Shown: piece after piece, positions 47,061-59,100 of the stretch
Position numbering within the stretch: the first letter of the stretch is position 1
Layout of the letters: every line of letters begins with the position of its first letter
Origin: an uncultured Planctomycetota bacterium
Lineage (GTDB): Bacteria; Planctomycetota; Planctomycetia; Isosphaerales; Isosphaeraceae
Reading direction: 5' to 3'
Assembly: GCA_963823665.1 (NCBI GenBank)
Contig: CAWGMQ010000004.1
Coordinates: forward strand, 2,944,001 to 3,008,000
Length of the DNA stretch: 64,000 bases
Program-made: the position numbers and the translations under genes
Notes under the pieces: generated by a model
What the model was told of the DNA's origin: nothing
What the model saw: the letters and a program-made list of their open reading frames with translations, nothing else
The model's database searches: none

Positions 47061-48428
47061 ATGGCGACGAAGACGTTGAGCCCGAGGCGCGGACTCCGGG
47101 TTTCGCTGCGGCTGGCGATGGTGATGATCGTTCTGGTGGCGATCCCGCTGTCGCGGCTGGCGGTTCGTGCGCGGGCTCAGAAAGAGGCCGTCCGGGCGAT
47201 CTCCAAAGCCGGCGGATTTGTGGGATATGACTGGCAGTTCCTGCCCGATGGTCGGCGCAACCCCTCGCCCAAGCCTCCGGGCCAGTCGTGGTTCCACAAA
47301 TGGCTCGGCCCCGACTATTTCCAGACCGCGGAGCAAGTGACGTTGCAACGCGAGGACAACGGCGACGACGTCATGGAACACGTCGGAAGGCTGGATGGCT
47401 TGCGCATCATCTCCATCACCGGCACCGAGATCACCGACGCCGGCATCGCCCACCTCGCGGGCCTTTCTCGGTTGCAGAGCGTCTATTTTCAGTGGGATAT
47501 GCACATCACCGGGGCCTGCCTCGCCCACTTGCGCGACAAGAAGAATCTGACGTGGCTCGGGGTTTTCACCCCGGGCCTTCGCGACGACGACTTGACGCTC
47601 ATCGAGGGCCTCGCTCGACTGGAAACGCTCCTGCTGAGGTCGCCGGCCCTCGGCGATCCAGGCATGACGCATATCCGAGGATTGACCGCGCTGAAGCGGC
47701 TGACGATCGACAACTCGATGGTGACCGGCGCAGGTCTGGAACAACTTCGGGGCCTCAAGAACCTGGAGAGTCTCAGCCTCCCTCCGACGGTCGATCACCT
47801 CACCCCCTTGAGAGGCCTTTCACGCCTTCGTACGCTCGGCGCCTCGGGCGGCCCCATTGACGATCAGGGGCTTGAAGGCATCGAAGAACTGCATGCGCTG
47901 GAAAGGCTGAACCTGGGCAGAACTCGGATCACCGACGCCGGACTTGCGAGGCTGCGAGGGCTCGACAAGATGCAAACGCTTGGCCTCTTCGAGATCTCCA
48001 TCACCAACGCGGGATTGGCGAACCTTGCCGGGATGACGCGGATGACGACGTTGAATCTCTCAGGCACGCCGATAACAGACGAGGGCCTCGTTCATCTGCG
48101 GGCGATGGGATCGCTGGAGGTCCTCAATCTGGCCGGCACTCGAGTGCGCGGTCCCGGACTGGTCCACCTGGCCGGGATTCCATCACTGAGAACCCTCTAC
48201 CTCGATCGAACGCCGATCGACGATGGAGGAATGACCGCGCTCTCGGAGCTGAAGGGACTCAGCGCGATCAACCTCGCGAAAACGGCGATCACCGATGCCG
48301 GCCTGCAAAAGTTGGGGGCAGTCCCGGAGGCACTGCGTCTGGACCTCACAGGGACGCGAGTCACGGAGCAGGGGATTGCCGAGTTGCAGAAGGCGACGAC
48401 GATCCTGGGTGTCGACGGGCTGAAGTGA
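47061..48428 (+). CDS. Membrane-anchored leucine-rich-repeat protein
   Basis: RVSLR..TM; repeated L..LNL.GT.ITDAGL..L. Confidence 0.9.
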   Translation: MATKTLSPRRGLRVSLRLAMVMIVLVAIPLSRLAVRARAQKEAVRAISKAGGFVGYDWQFLPDGRRNPSPKPPGQSWFHKWLGPDYFQTAEQVTLQREDNGDDVMEHVGRLDGLRIISITGTEITDAGIAHLAGLSRLQSVYFQWDMHITGACLAHLRDKKNLTWLGVFTPGLRDDDLTLIEGLARLETLLLRSPALGDPGMTHIRGLTALKRLTIDNSMVTGAGLEQLRGLKNLESLSLPPTVDHLTPLRGLSRLRTLGASGGPIDDQGLEGIEELHALERLNLGRTRITDAGLARLRGLDKMQTLGLFEISITNAGLANLAGMTRMTTLNLSGTPITDEGLVHLRAMGSLEVLNLAGTRVRGPGLVHLAGIPSLRTLYLDRTPIDDGGMTALSELKGLSAINLAKTAITDAGLQKLGAVPEALRLDLTGTRVTEQGIAELQKATTILGVDGLK

Positions 48429-48692
48429 GCGATTCCCTTTGAAGCGTGTTTGGGTCATTTCGAACCCAGCGCCGCTGTTGGGTTTTAACGGTCGGTTCGA
48501 TTCGCACGATTTTATCAATTCATGAAAGTACAAAATTGGCGGTGGGAGTTGCGATGGGGCAATTCCGCCGTACATTCTTATTAAAGCAGTTTGTGCCGGC
48601 TCGACGCGCGGCGGCCGCGATCGGGGGCGAGGGTGGCGTGGGAGTAAAGATTTCAAGTAATACGAGCTTTCCGGAAAGGAACGGAGTAAAAT

Positions 48693-50303
48693 ATGACCAC
48701 TTCAGCACAAATCAGACGCAATCAGCAGAATGCCAAACATAGCACTGGGCCCCGGACGCTTGAGGGTAAGAATCGTTCGAAATACAACGCTGTGAAGCAT
48801 GCGTGTACTGCGAAACTGGTGTTGCTGCCGACGGAGCAGCCGGCGGAGTTCAACGCGCGGACGAAAGCGTTCTTTGAGCACTTCAGGCCACAGAATCCGG
48901 TCGAGCTGGTTTTGACGGAGGACGCGGTTTACTGCTCGTGGCAGCTCAAGCGTTGCTGCGAGGCCAAGTGGTCGCGGATGCGTGAGAACGCCGTGATGGG
49001 CGATGTCGATCTGAAGCGGCGTGTCGGGGTCGAGTTCACCGAGCTTTCGGAAGAATTGTTCCGCGCACCGAACGGGAGGCCGACCGCATTGCCGGGTGGT
49101 GAACTGCCGGACGCGGAGGCGGGCCAAGCGTGCAGGACGAAAAGCAACACCGCGACGGAAGAGAGCCCGGCGCGCGTCCTCCGGGGGCTGGAGTCGAGCC
49201 CGATCGGGGTGAGCTGGCTGCTCATGGAGTGGGAGGCGCTCAACTCGCCCCTACAGAGAGGCGAGGGATGGAACGCCGCGGAGCGATTTCGTGTGCGCCG
49301 GCTGCTGGGGATTCACCCGGCTGGCGCCTATTTCGATGACCATCTCACGCGCTTGCTCCAGGCGTGCCAGACGCTCGACCCGACGGCGGGGAGCATGGTC
49401 GCCGAGGTTTGGAACGAGGTTGTCTCGGCGACTGACTTGCCGGTGCTTGAAGAGCAGTACGGGCGGCGCATCGCGCTTGAGCCGCCGATGGATCGAGAAA
49501 CGGCGCTCCAGCATTTGATCGGGGTTATTCGCCTGGAGGTAACCCGACTCGAAGAAATGGAAGAAGAGCACCAGGAGCGGACGGAGCTGAGGGAGGAGCT
49601 GGCGCCCAATCTCGCCAAGTTCGATTTCAGCCACGAAGGCTTGCTCATGACGCGATATGAGTTTGCCTGGCGCCGGCAGATGTATCGGAACATGAGCGAG
49701 CTCGGGAAATTGAACGAAGAACGAAGGAACAGCGGCCGGGGACGGAGCCCCTATTATCTGGGGCCGCCGGCGGATTGGCTGGTTGATGAACACGATGATC
49801 GTGATCATCGGGACGATGATCACGATCATGAACAGGACGCTCGTGCCGGTTTGAACCGGGATGACGATGCGACGGCTGTTGTGGGTCTGGACGAACAAAC
49901 GCCGGCGATTGTCGGGCAGGGCGAAGAAACTGCTGAGCTGGACGTTGCGGCGGTTTTGCGAAACGAACCCAAGGACTTAAGTCTTGAGATTGAAGGGACA
50001 ACGGAAGATGCGGATGTCTCGCTGCGAAACGAACCCACCGTGATTTCCGAGCCTGTCGCGGTGGTCAGCGGCAACGGCGACGTGGAAGACGAAGTGGTGC
50101 GACACGAAGGTGGGGTGGTGCGGTCTGTGCGGTTTGATGAGGGCCTGACCGGGGCGATGCGTGATGCCGAGCAGCTCTTGCGGCCGGGGATTCGGCTGCG
50201 GGACTCCGTTCGACTCGGAAATGGAAATGGAGCAAGCGGTGGAAGGTCGCGGCGTGAGCGCAGGCTCAGGAAGAAGGAGGACGCGCGGGCAGGGGCGAGA
50301 TGA
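48693..50303 (+). CDS. Hypothetical protein with N-terminal NAxxSTGPxTxEGKxRSxxNAxKH motif and C-terminal LRNEP repeats
   Basis: 536-aa ORF, AT-rich upstream region, GGAG-type RBS. Confidence 0.8.
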   Translation: MTTSAQIRRNQQNAKHSTGPRTLEGKNRSKYNAVKHACTAKLVLLPTEQPAEFNARTKAFFEHFRPQNPVELVLTEDAVYCSWQLKRCCEAKWSRMRENAVMGDVDLKRRVGVEFTELSEELFRAPNGRPTALPGGELPDAEAGQACRTKSNTATEESPARVLRGLESSPIGVSWLLMEWEALNSPLQRGEGWNAAERFRVRRLLGIHPAGAYFDDHLTRLLQACQTLDPTAGSMVAEVWNEVVSATDLPVLEEQYGRRIALEPPMDRETALQHLIGVIRLEVTRLEEMEEEHQERTELREELAPNLAKFDFSHEGLLMTRYEFAWRRQMYRNMSELGKLNEERRNSGRGRSPYYLGPPADWLVDEHDDRDHRDDDHDHEQDARAGLNRDDDATAVVGLDEQTPAIVGQGEETAELDVAAVLRNEPKDLSLEIEGTTEDADVSLRNEPTVISEPVAVVSGNGDVEDEVVRHEGGVVRSVRFDEGLTGAMRDAEQLLRPGIRLRDSVRLGNGNGASGGRSRRERRLRKKEDARAGAR

Positions 50304-50705
50304 GAAGTTTGAGGGATGTCAGTGGTCAGTAGTTCGTTGGGTCTTCGGCTCTTTGATAATTTGAACGATTGGAGAAAACACCGGCTTGAGTGGCGGCCGC
50401 GAATTGCGAGGAGGCTCGCGGTGCGCCGCTCGGGTCTGGTGGGATGGGGCTTGGTGTTGTGATGTCCAATGCACAACCGGATTTGAACAGAAGGAAACGG
50501 AGATAACGAAGAAGATGCCAAGAGCCGGAATCGAGTGCGAACAGGGCAGGGCACACTCGACCTGCTCGCGCGGCATTTGCGTTCCCGCGTGGGCCTTCAC
50601 GGAGAGCTTTCGTCGCCGGTCGCTCAATCCCCGAGCCATTGCCGGGTCTGAACAGCATTCCGGCCTCGTTCCCGTGGTAGAATCACCTCCCGGACCGTGC
50701 ACCGA

Positions 50706-50966
50706 ATGAGAGGAGCTTCCGTGGACCACTTCCGAGAGGTCGTGGGCCATCTGAACGCGCGAATCCCCGGCGAATTTGAGTGCAAGGCCGGGATCCAAGG
50801 GCTGGAGAAAGCAAGCTTGATGATTTCTGCTGACCGCGACGGCCGGAACCCTCGATTTCTGATCGACGCAACCGCCACTAACGCGAGAGTGGCCGACACG
50901 TCCTGGGAACGCCCGATCGAGGTCGATTTCCGGCGGTACGGTATTCAAACGCCGTGGAGCGCTTGA
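50706..50966 (+). CDS. Small hypothetical protein
   Basis: Short ORF with plausible composition only. Confidence 0.35.
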   Translation: MRGASVDHFREVVGHLNARIPGEFECKAGIQGLEKASLMISADRDGRNPRFLIDATATNARVADTSWERPIEVDFRRYGIQTPWSA

Positions 50967-50981
50967 CGCTCATGTACGATT

Positions 50982-51112
50982 GTTGCGAAACGAACCCAAG
51001 GACGTAAGTGGTGTGCTGCAAGGGACAATGGGCGATTCGCAGGGCTTGCTGCGAAACGAACCCAGCGTGATTTCTGAGGCTGTCGCGGTTGGCCGCAGGA
51101 ACGGCAACGTGA
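50982..51112 (+). repeat. Diverged duplicate of 49955-50085 with two perfect TGCGAAACGAACCCA motifs
   Basis: Motifs at 49957, 50023, 50984 and 51050; 66-bp period in both pairs. Confidence 0.9.
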
Positions 51113-51114
51113 GC

Positions 51115-54100
51115 TCAGCGGCGAGCGGGGAAGAGCTTGGGATTCTCGAGCGCCTTGCCCACGGCCCCTGGATCGTTTCCGCTCATGTCGTGGGCCACGA
51201 TTCGCCCGTCGGGACCGATGAGGAACGTCAGCGGGATTTGCCTCTTCTTTTGATCGGGACCAATGATGTACTGAGACTGGTAAATCACGCGGATGTCGTA
51301 ACGAGTGGCGGCGCCCGTGACGAAGTCGCCGGCGAAGCCGTGCGTCCAGTTCAGCCCGTCTTGCTTGATTGACTGCTCGGCCTGCGCGGCACTCTTGCCG
51401 CAGGCAAGGCTGATGAGCACAAAGCGGGGGTCGTGGCCGAAGTTCGCCTGGACCTCCTTGAGCACGGTCATGTCATTCTGTCGACCGGCTTCGGCTTGCC
51501 AGAAGTTGAGCAAGACGAGCTTTCCTCGATAGTCGCTCAGCTTCAAGCGCTGGCCTTTGTTGTCTGCGCCGATGCGCTCAACCTCGAAATCCGGCGCGAG
51601 GTCGCCGATCTTGATCCCTTGGCGCACTTTGGCAGTGATCGTCCCCAGGTCGAACGGTTCGTCCGACCGGTCACCGGCGAACGCCGGCACGACTACGGAT
51701 TGCTTCACAGTGTCGATCAGGCGCGGGTCTTCCCCGACCTCCAGCTCCAGCTCGTACTTGCCCGCGGGTACGTCGTCGATGCGAAATCGGCCGTCGTTCT
51801 TGATATGCGCCGCAAAGAGAGGCGACGTCCATACCAGGCGGCCGGAACGGTTGGTCTTCGATTGCTCGGTCGGCACACCGAGCAATACGGGTAGGTTGAG
51901 GGTCCAGTCGATCGGTGCTTCCGGCGTGCCGTCCAGAACGATCCGGCCGATCACGGGACGTCCTTTGCCGCCGAGGGTGACGTGAGCCGTCTCGCCTGGC
52001 TTGACCTCGATACGCTCCGGCCAACACTCAAGCTGCCGGAAGGGGTGTGAGGGACGGGGATCGTCTCGCACGACCCGGGAGACCGTGCCCGGGCCAGGGA
52101 CCACGCGGTCGAACTGGAAGCGGCCCCGCTCGTCGGTTTGCGTCCAGTAGCCAAAGCTGAAACTGTCCAAGCTGCTTTCGTGCTCAGGCCGGATCGGATG
52201 GAACATTACCTGTTGGTTGGGCCCGAACCGAGCGCCGATACGCACGCCGCCGTCGATCCGTCCCCAAGCTTGCAGCACGAGCTTGCCCGACCTGGCAAGC
52301 TCGTCGGATGTGGCGTCGGCGTAGCCTGTGTCGGTCAGGGCCACCACCACGAACTTTCCGGAGCGCGGTGGGAAAGAGAATCGGCCGTCGGGTCCGGTCG
52401 ATGCTTTGGGGAAATTCGCATTCGGATTGAACTTGCCAGACCGCAGAAACACCTGGGTCTGCCATGTGGAGAGTCCGACGTCGGCGCCGCTCGCGGGCTT
52501 CCCGTTGGGGAGAAAGACAATCCCCGTGATGCCCGAGGCTCGCCGTAGCGCGAAGTCAAGAACCTGCCGGCCTTCCTCGGGCTTGAAAGCCCGCGACACG
52601 GCCGTCGCGTAACCGGGGGCATCGATTCTCACGAAGTGCGCCTCGCGCGCGGAGTCGAACGAGCACGTAAATTTGCCGTCCGCGAACTCGTCACTGCGGT
52701 TCTCGTCCCAGTCGACGTCCCGTTCCCAGTCGCCGGACCGCCAGCCTTTGACGACCCGAACTTTCGGCACCGGTCGTCGTGTCTCGGCGTCGGTCACACG
52801 GCCGGTGATCACGAGCTCGGGGTAGAGAACGAAGGTCTGCTCGCGCTCCGATGCGACGAGCGGAACGTCGCGAGGTGACATCATGCCGTGCTTGCTGATT
52901 GTGTAGTGCACAACATCCTTGGGGGCGCTGTGCCATTCGAAACGGCCGTGCGCGTCTGTCGTGGTTTGAAACCGGATCGATCGATGCCCGCGCCACGAGT
53001 CCGCATAGACCATGGCGCCGGCGACCGGGTTGCCCTTCGCGTCGACGACGCGGCACCGAAGCAACGCGCCGGGTTCCAGGAGCTGGAATTGCACCGGTGC
53101 GGTTCGCGCGTCGACGCGGACGTCCTGAATCCGCGGTGCAAAGCCCTCGGCTTGGACCGTGATGACTGATGGACCGGCATCACCGTTCTCAAGGGTAAAT
53201 CGCCCCTGCTCGTCGGTTGTTGCGGATGGGCGGTTCGACCCCCAGATATCGCCGAGAACCGCCGTGGCTCTCGGCACCGGAGAGCCTGCGGCGTCGACGA
53301 CGCGACCCGAGACGGATAGACCCTTGTTCATGATCGTGACACTGTCGAGATTCCGCGACGCGACGACGTCGCTCTTGCGAAAATGCGGATGGGTCGCCTG
53401 GACCCACAATCCCGCCAAGTCCTTGGGCGCGACGTCGAATCGCCAGCGGCCTTGCGCGTCGGCTCTAGCGGAACCCAAGCTGAACCAATAATCTTGCCCT
53501 CCACGATTGATTCCGAGCGCGCCGACTTTCACCGCGGCGTCTGCGAGGGGATGGCCGGCTTCATCGCGCAGAATGCCACCGATGATTGTGCCCGGCTCGA
53601 AACGCAGTTGCTCCGTCACCGGCAATGCCACCGGCCCGCGCTCGTGCTCCCAAAGGATGTCGATCGGCACGCGATCGGGTGCGCGGGCAGTAATCCAGAG
53701 TCGCCGGACGATCGCGCCGGCGGGCCATTCGATCGCAGCGGTCCCATCTTCTCCCGTGAAGATCGTCGCCTGCCGGCGCTCTTCGCCGAAGACGCATACA
53801 TATTCAATCAACACGGCTTCGATCGGCTTACCGGTCGAGGCATCGATGGCCTTGAGCGTCAGCTTCGCTGCCGGCTGCTCGTTCTCGGGATGGAGGTTGG
53901 TCGGGACAGCGGGCGGTGCATTGGATTTGCGTTCGTGAATAGCCCATGCGGCGGTGGCGACACAGGCGCCACACATCAAAACCGCGGCTGCCACTTTCGT
54001 CTTGGCCAGGACGATGGTGCGCAAGACCTCTTCAGCCAGCACGAGGGACGCCGTGCCTGCTCCAGCGATTGCGGGACCTTTGGCCTGCACAAACTGCATC

Positions 54101-54802
54101 GCCAGCCGCACCGTCGCCTGGGACCAGACCTGCGGCGGAGGGCAGCTCTCTAGAGCGCTCTGACCCGCGGCTACAAAGATTCCCGAAAAGCTAAGTCCCC
54201 GTTTTTCGAAACGGGCCTTCAGCTTCGCGCGGCCGCGTGATAGCCGACTCTGAATTGTTCCGAGCGGGCAGCGCAATTGCGCCGCGGCCTGCTCCTGGGT
54301 CAATCCGTCGAGGTAGCAGAGGATGAGCGGCTCGCGGAAGGATTTCGGAAGCTGATCGAGCTCTTGGTGGAGGGCAGCCCAATCGTCTTCGTTTTCGATG
54401 GCTTTGAAATCTCCCTGGACGACATGGCCTGTGGTTCGCATTTCTCCCCCTCGGCTGCTCGCGGGTGCGCCGGCGAGTCGCGGCGATCCGCGCCTTGGCG
54501 CCAACCCGAATCGCAACGCCATGCAGCCAGCAGCCGAGCGACTCGCGCCGGCTGATTGAAGCGGCCCGCCGCGCCAGCACGAGGAACGTCGCCTGGGCGG
54601 CGTCTTCGGCGTCTTGTTCATCGCGAAGAATCTGGCGGCAGACCCGTAAGACCATTGCCCCATGGCGGTCGACCAGGGCCGCGAAAGCCGCCTCGGCATG
54701 CTCGTCGCGGCGTTCGAGGAAGCGCTCGAGCAACTGGGCGTCGGAGAGGCCGCCGGCTGTGCCGGTGCGAAAGAGTGTCTCGATCTGCTTGAGGAATCGC
54801 AT
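51115..54802 (-). CDS. ECF-fusion 3: ECF sigma + TM + carboxypeptidase-regulatory-like repeats + redoxin-like domain (frameshift near 54455)
   Basis: MRFLKQIETLFRTGTAGGLSD..; several GRVVD..G.PV..A units; GDLAPDF..LKLSDYRGKLVLLNFW..TFLIGPDGRI. Confidence 0.9.
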
Positions 54803-54858
54803 CGGCGGCCTGACCGGAACGCGTTCGCGGCAGTGTCAACGACTGGAATGCAGCGTCC

Positions 54859-54891
54859 AGTGTAGTGCCCGGCCGAGGCTTGGGCATTCCC
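54859..54891 (-). promoter_or_regulatory. Conserved motif GGGAATGCC-N15-CACTACACT (copy 3)
   Basis: Exact match upstream of ECF-fusion 3. Confidence 0.75.
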
Positions 54892-54940
54892 CGAAGGCTC
54901 TTCGCGATTCAGAAATAGCTAGCGACGGGGGGTGAAGCGC

Positions 54941-55360
54941 TTACCGAGCCGGTGCGTTCTTGTTCCAACGCTTATGGGGAGCTGGGAGACCTTCGGTCGC
55001 GCGAGGGGCGGGGTCAGGAGACCCGCGCCCAACAGCCTGGGGTGAGTGCCAACGGTGCGAGTTCACGGTCCGGCCGATAGCGTAGCCCCACGCCGGCAGC
55101 AATGCGATGCTCCCTCCCATCAAGACGAGCTCGAGAACCACGGCGACAATCAACCCCTCCGAATCAGGCTCTGCCCACGGAATCCACGCCAACGGATTCT
55201 TCCCTGTAATAAACGCCCAGCCCGCCATTAGAACGGGTAACGACCACAACGTGAGGACGACCAACATCCGGGAGGGTCGGTCATGCCTAGACGGGCGCAG
55301 TCCGAAAATGAACGCGGGCGCCCAGAGCAGCAGGCCCACGAATAAGGCGGCTTCCACCAC
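54941..55360 (-). CDS. Small 3-TM membrane protein, possibly 5'-truncated
   Basis: Three hydrophobic stretches; C-terminus reads through a GGGAGACC..GGTCAGGAGACC repeat-like segment. Confidence 0.55.
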   Translation of the reverse strand: MVEAALFVGLLLWAPAFIFGLRPSRHDRPSRMLVVLTLWSLPVLMAGWAFITGKNPLAWIPWAEPDSEGLIVAVVLELVLMGGSIALLPAWGYAIGRTVNSHRWHSPQAVGRGSPDPAPRATEGLPAPHKRWNKNAPAR

Positions 55361-55383
55361 GGGCCAGTTTTCCTGAGCAAACG

Positions 55384-55440
55384 TCAGAGACTTTCCAGAT
55401 GGGCCAGGAGGCCAGTACCTCGGCTCTCGTGCGCATCTTA
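55384..55440 (-). pseudogene. Orphan antitoxin 3' tail
   Basis: tcagagactttccagatgggccagga nearly identical to 60060-60085 (..AEVLA..HLESL*). Confidence 0.75.
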
Positions 55441-55461
55441 ACCCGGGAGCCTGAAAGTCGA

Positions 55462-55730
55462 TTACCTCTCGCGCCGCTGATGATACCAGACGTGATCCAC
55501 TCGAACGATTCGCTTGGAACGATTGACGACGAACAAAACACCGAGCGGCTCTTCAAACATCACGCGATCATCGTCGCCGCGCGACTCACTGGATCCGACC
55601 GGATCGGTCCTGAGCTTTTCATCGATTACGTTTGACGCCACCGTGACGGCTTGTCGCTCACCGACATCAGCGCGCTCCACGCCTCGGCAAGATCGTTCAG
55701 TGCCCCGGCCAGCCAGATTACGCGAAACAT
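55462..55730 (-). CDS. RelE/ParE-like toxin 1 (frameshift near 55675)
   Basis: MFRVIWLAGALNDLAEAW..IDEKLRTDP..SESR..RVMFEEPLGVLF..VRVDHVW. Confidence 0.7.
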
Positions 55731-55736
55731 CTCAAA

Positions 55737-55970
55737 TCAAAGTGCTTCCAGGTACGCGAGCACTTCGGCCGTTGTGTACGTCTTACCTCCCTCCGACCTC
55801 CGGCGGTTTAGTTCCTCCTTACTGATTCGCGGCTCGAGCGGACCGAGTTCTGACTCGATCGCGGGCACAACTCGAGCGAGCACATGACCGGCTTCATCAA
55901 CCAACTCGAGAGGTTTCGCCAAGTCGTGCAGTTTCTCCCGAAGCACGGAATCGCAAAGGACCTTTGTCAT
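55737..55970 (-). CDS. Putative antitoxin 1 (Phd/YefM-like N-terminus)
   Basis: PLELVDEAGHVLARVVP..GKTYTTAEVLAYL; small gene directly upstream of the toxin. Confidence 0.7.
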   Translation of the reverse strand: MTKVLCDSVLREKLHDLAKPLELVDEAGHVLARVVPAIESELGPLEPRISKEELNRRRSEGGKTYTTAEVLAYLEAL

Positions 55971-56124
55971 GGCTGGTTCCTTATATTCGGGGCACTGACG
56001 CCCGACCTTCCGACGCTCTCATTGTACATCCGCCCACAGTGACGGGCAAACACGGATCTTGCTTTGCCGCGACAATCCGATCAATCTATCTTCCACCCCC
56101 AGCGATACCGATTTGTAAAGGTTA

Positions 56125-59100
56125 TCACCTCGACGAACCGGCTTGAGCCTTCAATCGCCGATTGAGACGGGCAAGTGCCGAATTCGAGTCCCGGGTCTCG
56201 ATAGCGCCGGGGTTTCCTCGCGCCATTCGCTCGAGGACAGCACGGGCTTCGGACGTGCCGACGCGTTCGAGCGCGTTCATCGCACGCAGCGTGCGCAACA
56301 CCTCACGCGGCGCGGTCGGCCCGGATGCGGCTGGGGCTCCATCTCGAGCGGGGAACGTCGCGGGGCGGAGGCGCTCTTGCAGGAAGGGAACAGCCGACGC
56401 GGTGCTTAGCGTCCAGGTGGCGCGGTAGGCCGCCCGGGCGTCATTGCCGGCAAGGTCAGTCCAACGAGCCTGCCGCTCTTCGGCCGTCAGCGGCGGGTCT
56501 GCGGCACGGCGGTCAGTCAAGTCCGAAAGGTCCCAGACCAGGGCCGTTGCATCCGCGCCGGCGGAGATGACCGACCGGCCGTCGGGACTGAACGCGACGG
56601 CCGTGACCGCCCCGCGGTGGCCCTCGAAGCGTCGCGCCTGCTGGCCGTTGGTAAGGTCCCAGACGCGGACGATCGAGTTGTGGATTGTCCCTCGATTGCG
56701 ACCCGCTGTCGCGAGGAATCGGCCATCGGGAGAAAAGGGGCGCCGGAGGTCATAATCACCGTGCGCGTCGAGCGTCTCGACCTCCTGGCCGGAGGCCAGC
56801 TCCCACAGTCGGTAGAGCCAGTTTTCCGAGTCTTGACGGGCGCCGGGCCCGGGGCCGTGCGTCGCGAGAAATCGGCCGTCTGGAGAGAGCGTAGCCCGAT
56901 CGTGGCAGTTGGACCACTCGACGGTGCGGCGCAGCTCCCTACCGGTTGCGATTTCCCAGAATCGAACACCATCCGGCTCCGCGGTTATGATCTGCTTTCC
57001 GTCGGGTGTGTAGAACATGGGGCAGAAGCTCAGGAAACGGTCGAGCCTGGGGTCTCGGTGCCGGAGCGTCGCGATGTGCATTCCCGAGCGGGCGTCCCAG
57101 ATCAGCCCCGCAGATGCGACCGTCTTGCCATCCGGCGAGTAGACAACGTCCTGGACGACATGGTGGTTTGGCAAACCGGGGAGGCGCCGGATTTCGCGGC
57201 ACTCGGCCACGCGCCAGAGGCTGATCCCTTCGATCTGACGCGGCTGCACGCTTTGCTGGCCGCCGACGAGCAGGGTCTTGCCGTCGGGCGCCAGCGCCAG
57301 CGCTTCGACGGGGCAATCGAGCTGGGCGATGAGACCCAGTTCCCGCCCGGAGGATGAATTCCATTGCCGCACCGTGCCATCTGCGCCGCCGGTGAACACC
57401 GTTGCGTCCGCTTGGGAGACCACCAAGGATCGGATGGCCGAGCGGTGTCCCGACTGAGGGAATGCCTCGCGACCCGTCGCCACGTGCCAAAGCCGGACGA
57501 CCGGCTCGACGCCGCTTGAGGCGAGCGTCTTGCCGTCCGGAGAAAATGACAACGACGCGACCCGGTGTTGATGCGCCAGAAGTCGATGGAGCTCGCGGCC
57601 TCGCGCGACGTCCCAGAGGTGGATGGCGGCGAGCGACAAACCTTCATCGTCTGCGTGGATCCGATCGTGAGCGTCGCCGCCGGCGAGGATGGTGCCATCG
57701 GGAGAGAACGCCAGCTCAGCGATCGCCCGCGCGCGAGGGGCTTGATGTCGTCTTTCGGTGGTGGCGGCTGCTTCGGTGCGAGCCTTGGCATGCGCTCTTG
57801 CCCGGTGGCGAGATCATACAGCCGGACGGTCCCGTCGGTGACGGCAGCAGCCAGCAGCCTACCGTCGGGCGAAATGGCCACGCGCAGGATGTCGAGACCA
57901 TTAACCGGGAATCGCCTTTGCTCCCGGCCGGTGGCGAGCTCCCAGAGACGCGTGGAGCCTTTATCGGCACCGATTAATACATTGCCGCGGGTGACTTCGG
58001 TGTCGCGACTGGCGGTGGCCAGCGTCTTGCCATCGGGCGAGAACTTGAAATCCCTGAGCAGCACCCAATCGCCGCCGACGCGGCGGCGACGCTCGGTAGG
58101 CGCACTCATATCCCACACGTCGATGAACGACTCGGACTTCTGGGTGGCCTCGTCAAACCGGTGGACGCTCGTCGCCACCATCCGGCCGTCCGACGAAATG
58201 ATCGGATGCGTGTGGATCTCGTCCCTGCCCTGGTGCGACCGCCGCTGTTCGCGGCCTGAGGTGATGTCCCAGAGGTGAAGCTGTCCCGGCTTTTCGATTG
58301 TTGCCAGTGTCTTCCCGTCGGGCGACAGCGCGATCTCACTCGTGTACGAGACCTCGCGATAGTCAGCTTCCGCGTCGCCGATTTTGCCGACGATGTCGCC
58401 CGTCTTCGCGTCCCAGACATGAACGACGTGCGTGACATCGACGGTCACCAGCGATTTCGCGTCGGGCGTGTAAAGGACCTGCTTGACCGGCGACCCCTCA
58501 TGGAAGGGGACGATGCCCAGGCGTGCGCGGGCGTGCTGTGGCAGTGGATCGCCGCGATGATCGAGCACGGCCGATTGGTTTCGGGGCGAGGCGGCCGGTG
58601 CTGCTGCGGAATCGGGCGGTCTGCGGGGTTGCCCAGGCGGCCCGGCACGCAGGAACATTCCGAGCCCGGTCGTCGTCAGGACGATCGCGAGAACAGCGAT
58701 GCTCGCCGTCAGCCTGGCCACGAGCAGGCTTCGAAGCACGGCGTTGGCCATGGCGCAAGCGGCTGCGGCCGGCATCCCTCTGATCGCAGCGGCGACGGTC
58801 GCCTCCAGGAGGCGTACGGAAGGCGTGATCCGAACCGCCGGCTCGAAGAGCGATGTGCCGATCCATCCGCTTGGTACCAGGCCTCTCCGGGTGAGCCGCG
58901 CTCTGAGCAGGTCGCGGGCCCTGGCGAGCCGGCCACGGACTGTCCCCACGGGCCATCCCAGAGCTGCGGCGGCCTCGTCGTGCGTGCGGCCTTCAAAATA
59001 GCAGAGCACTACCGGCGCGCGGTACTTCGCCGGCAGACGGTTGACCTCCTCGTGCACGAGCGATTGAAGCTCGGCGTGTTCGATCGCGAGCGAGGGCCTC

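Noticed and set aside
49957..51064. 15-bp repeats with 66-bp period as a CRISPR array
   Set aside because: Repeat too short, only two per cluster, spacers homologous to each other, no cas genes
45640..54470. ECF2 and ECF3 both shift frame in the sigma region 2-4 linker
   Set aside because: No common slippery sequence, and ECF1 and ECF4 shift elsewhere; compatible with the background error rate
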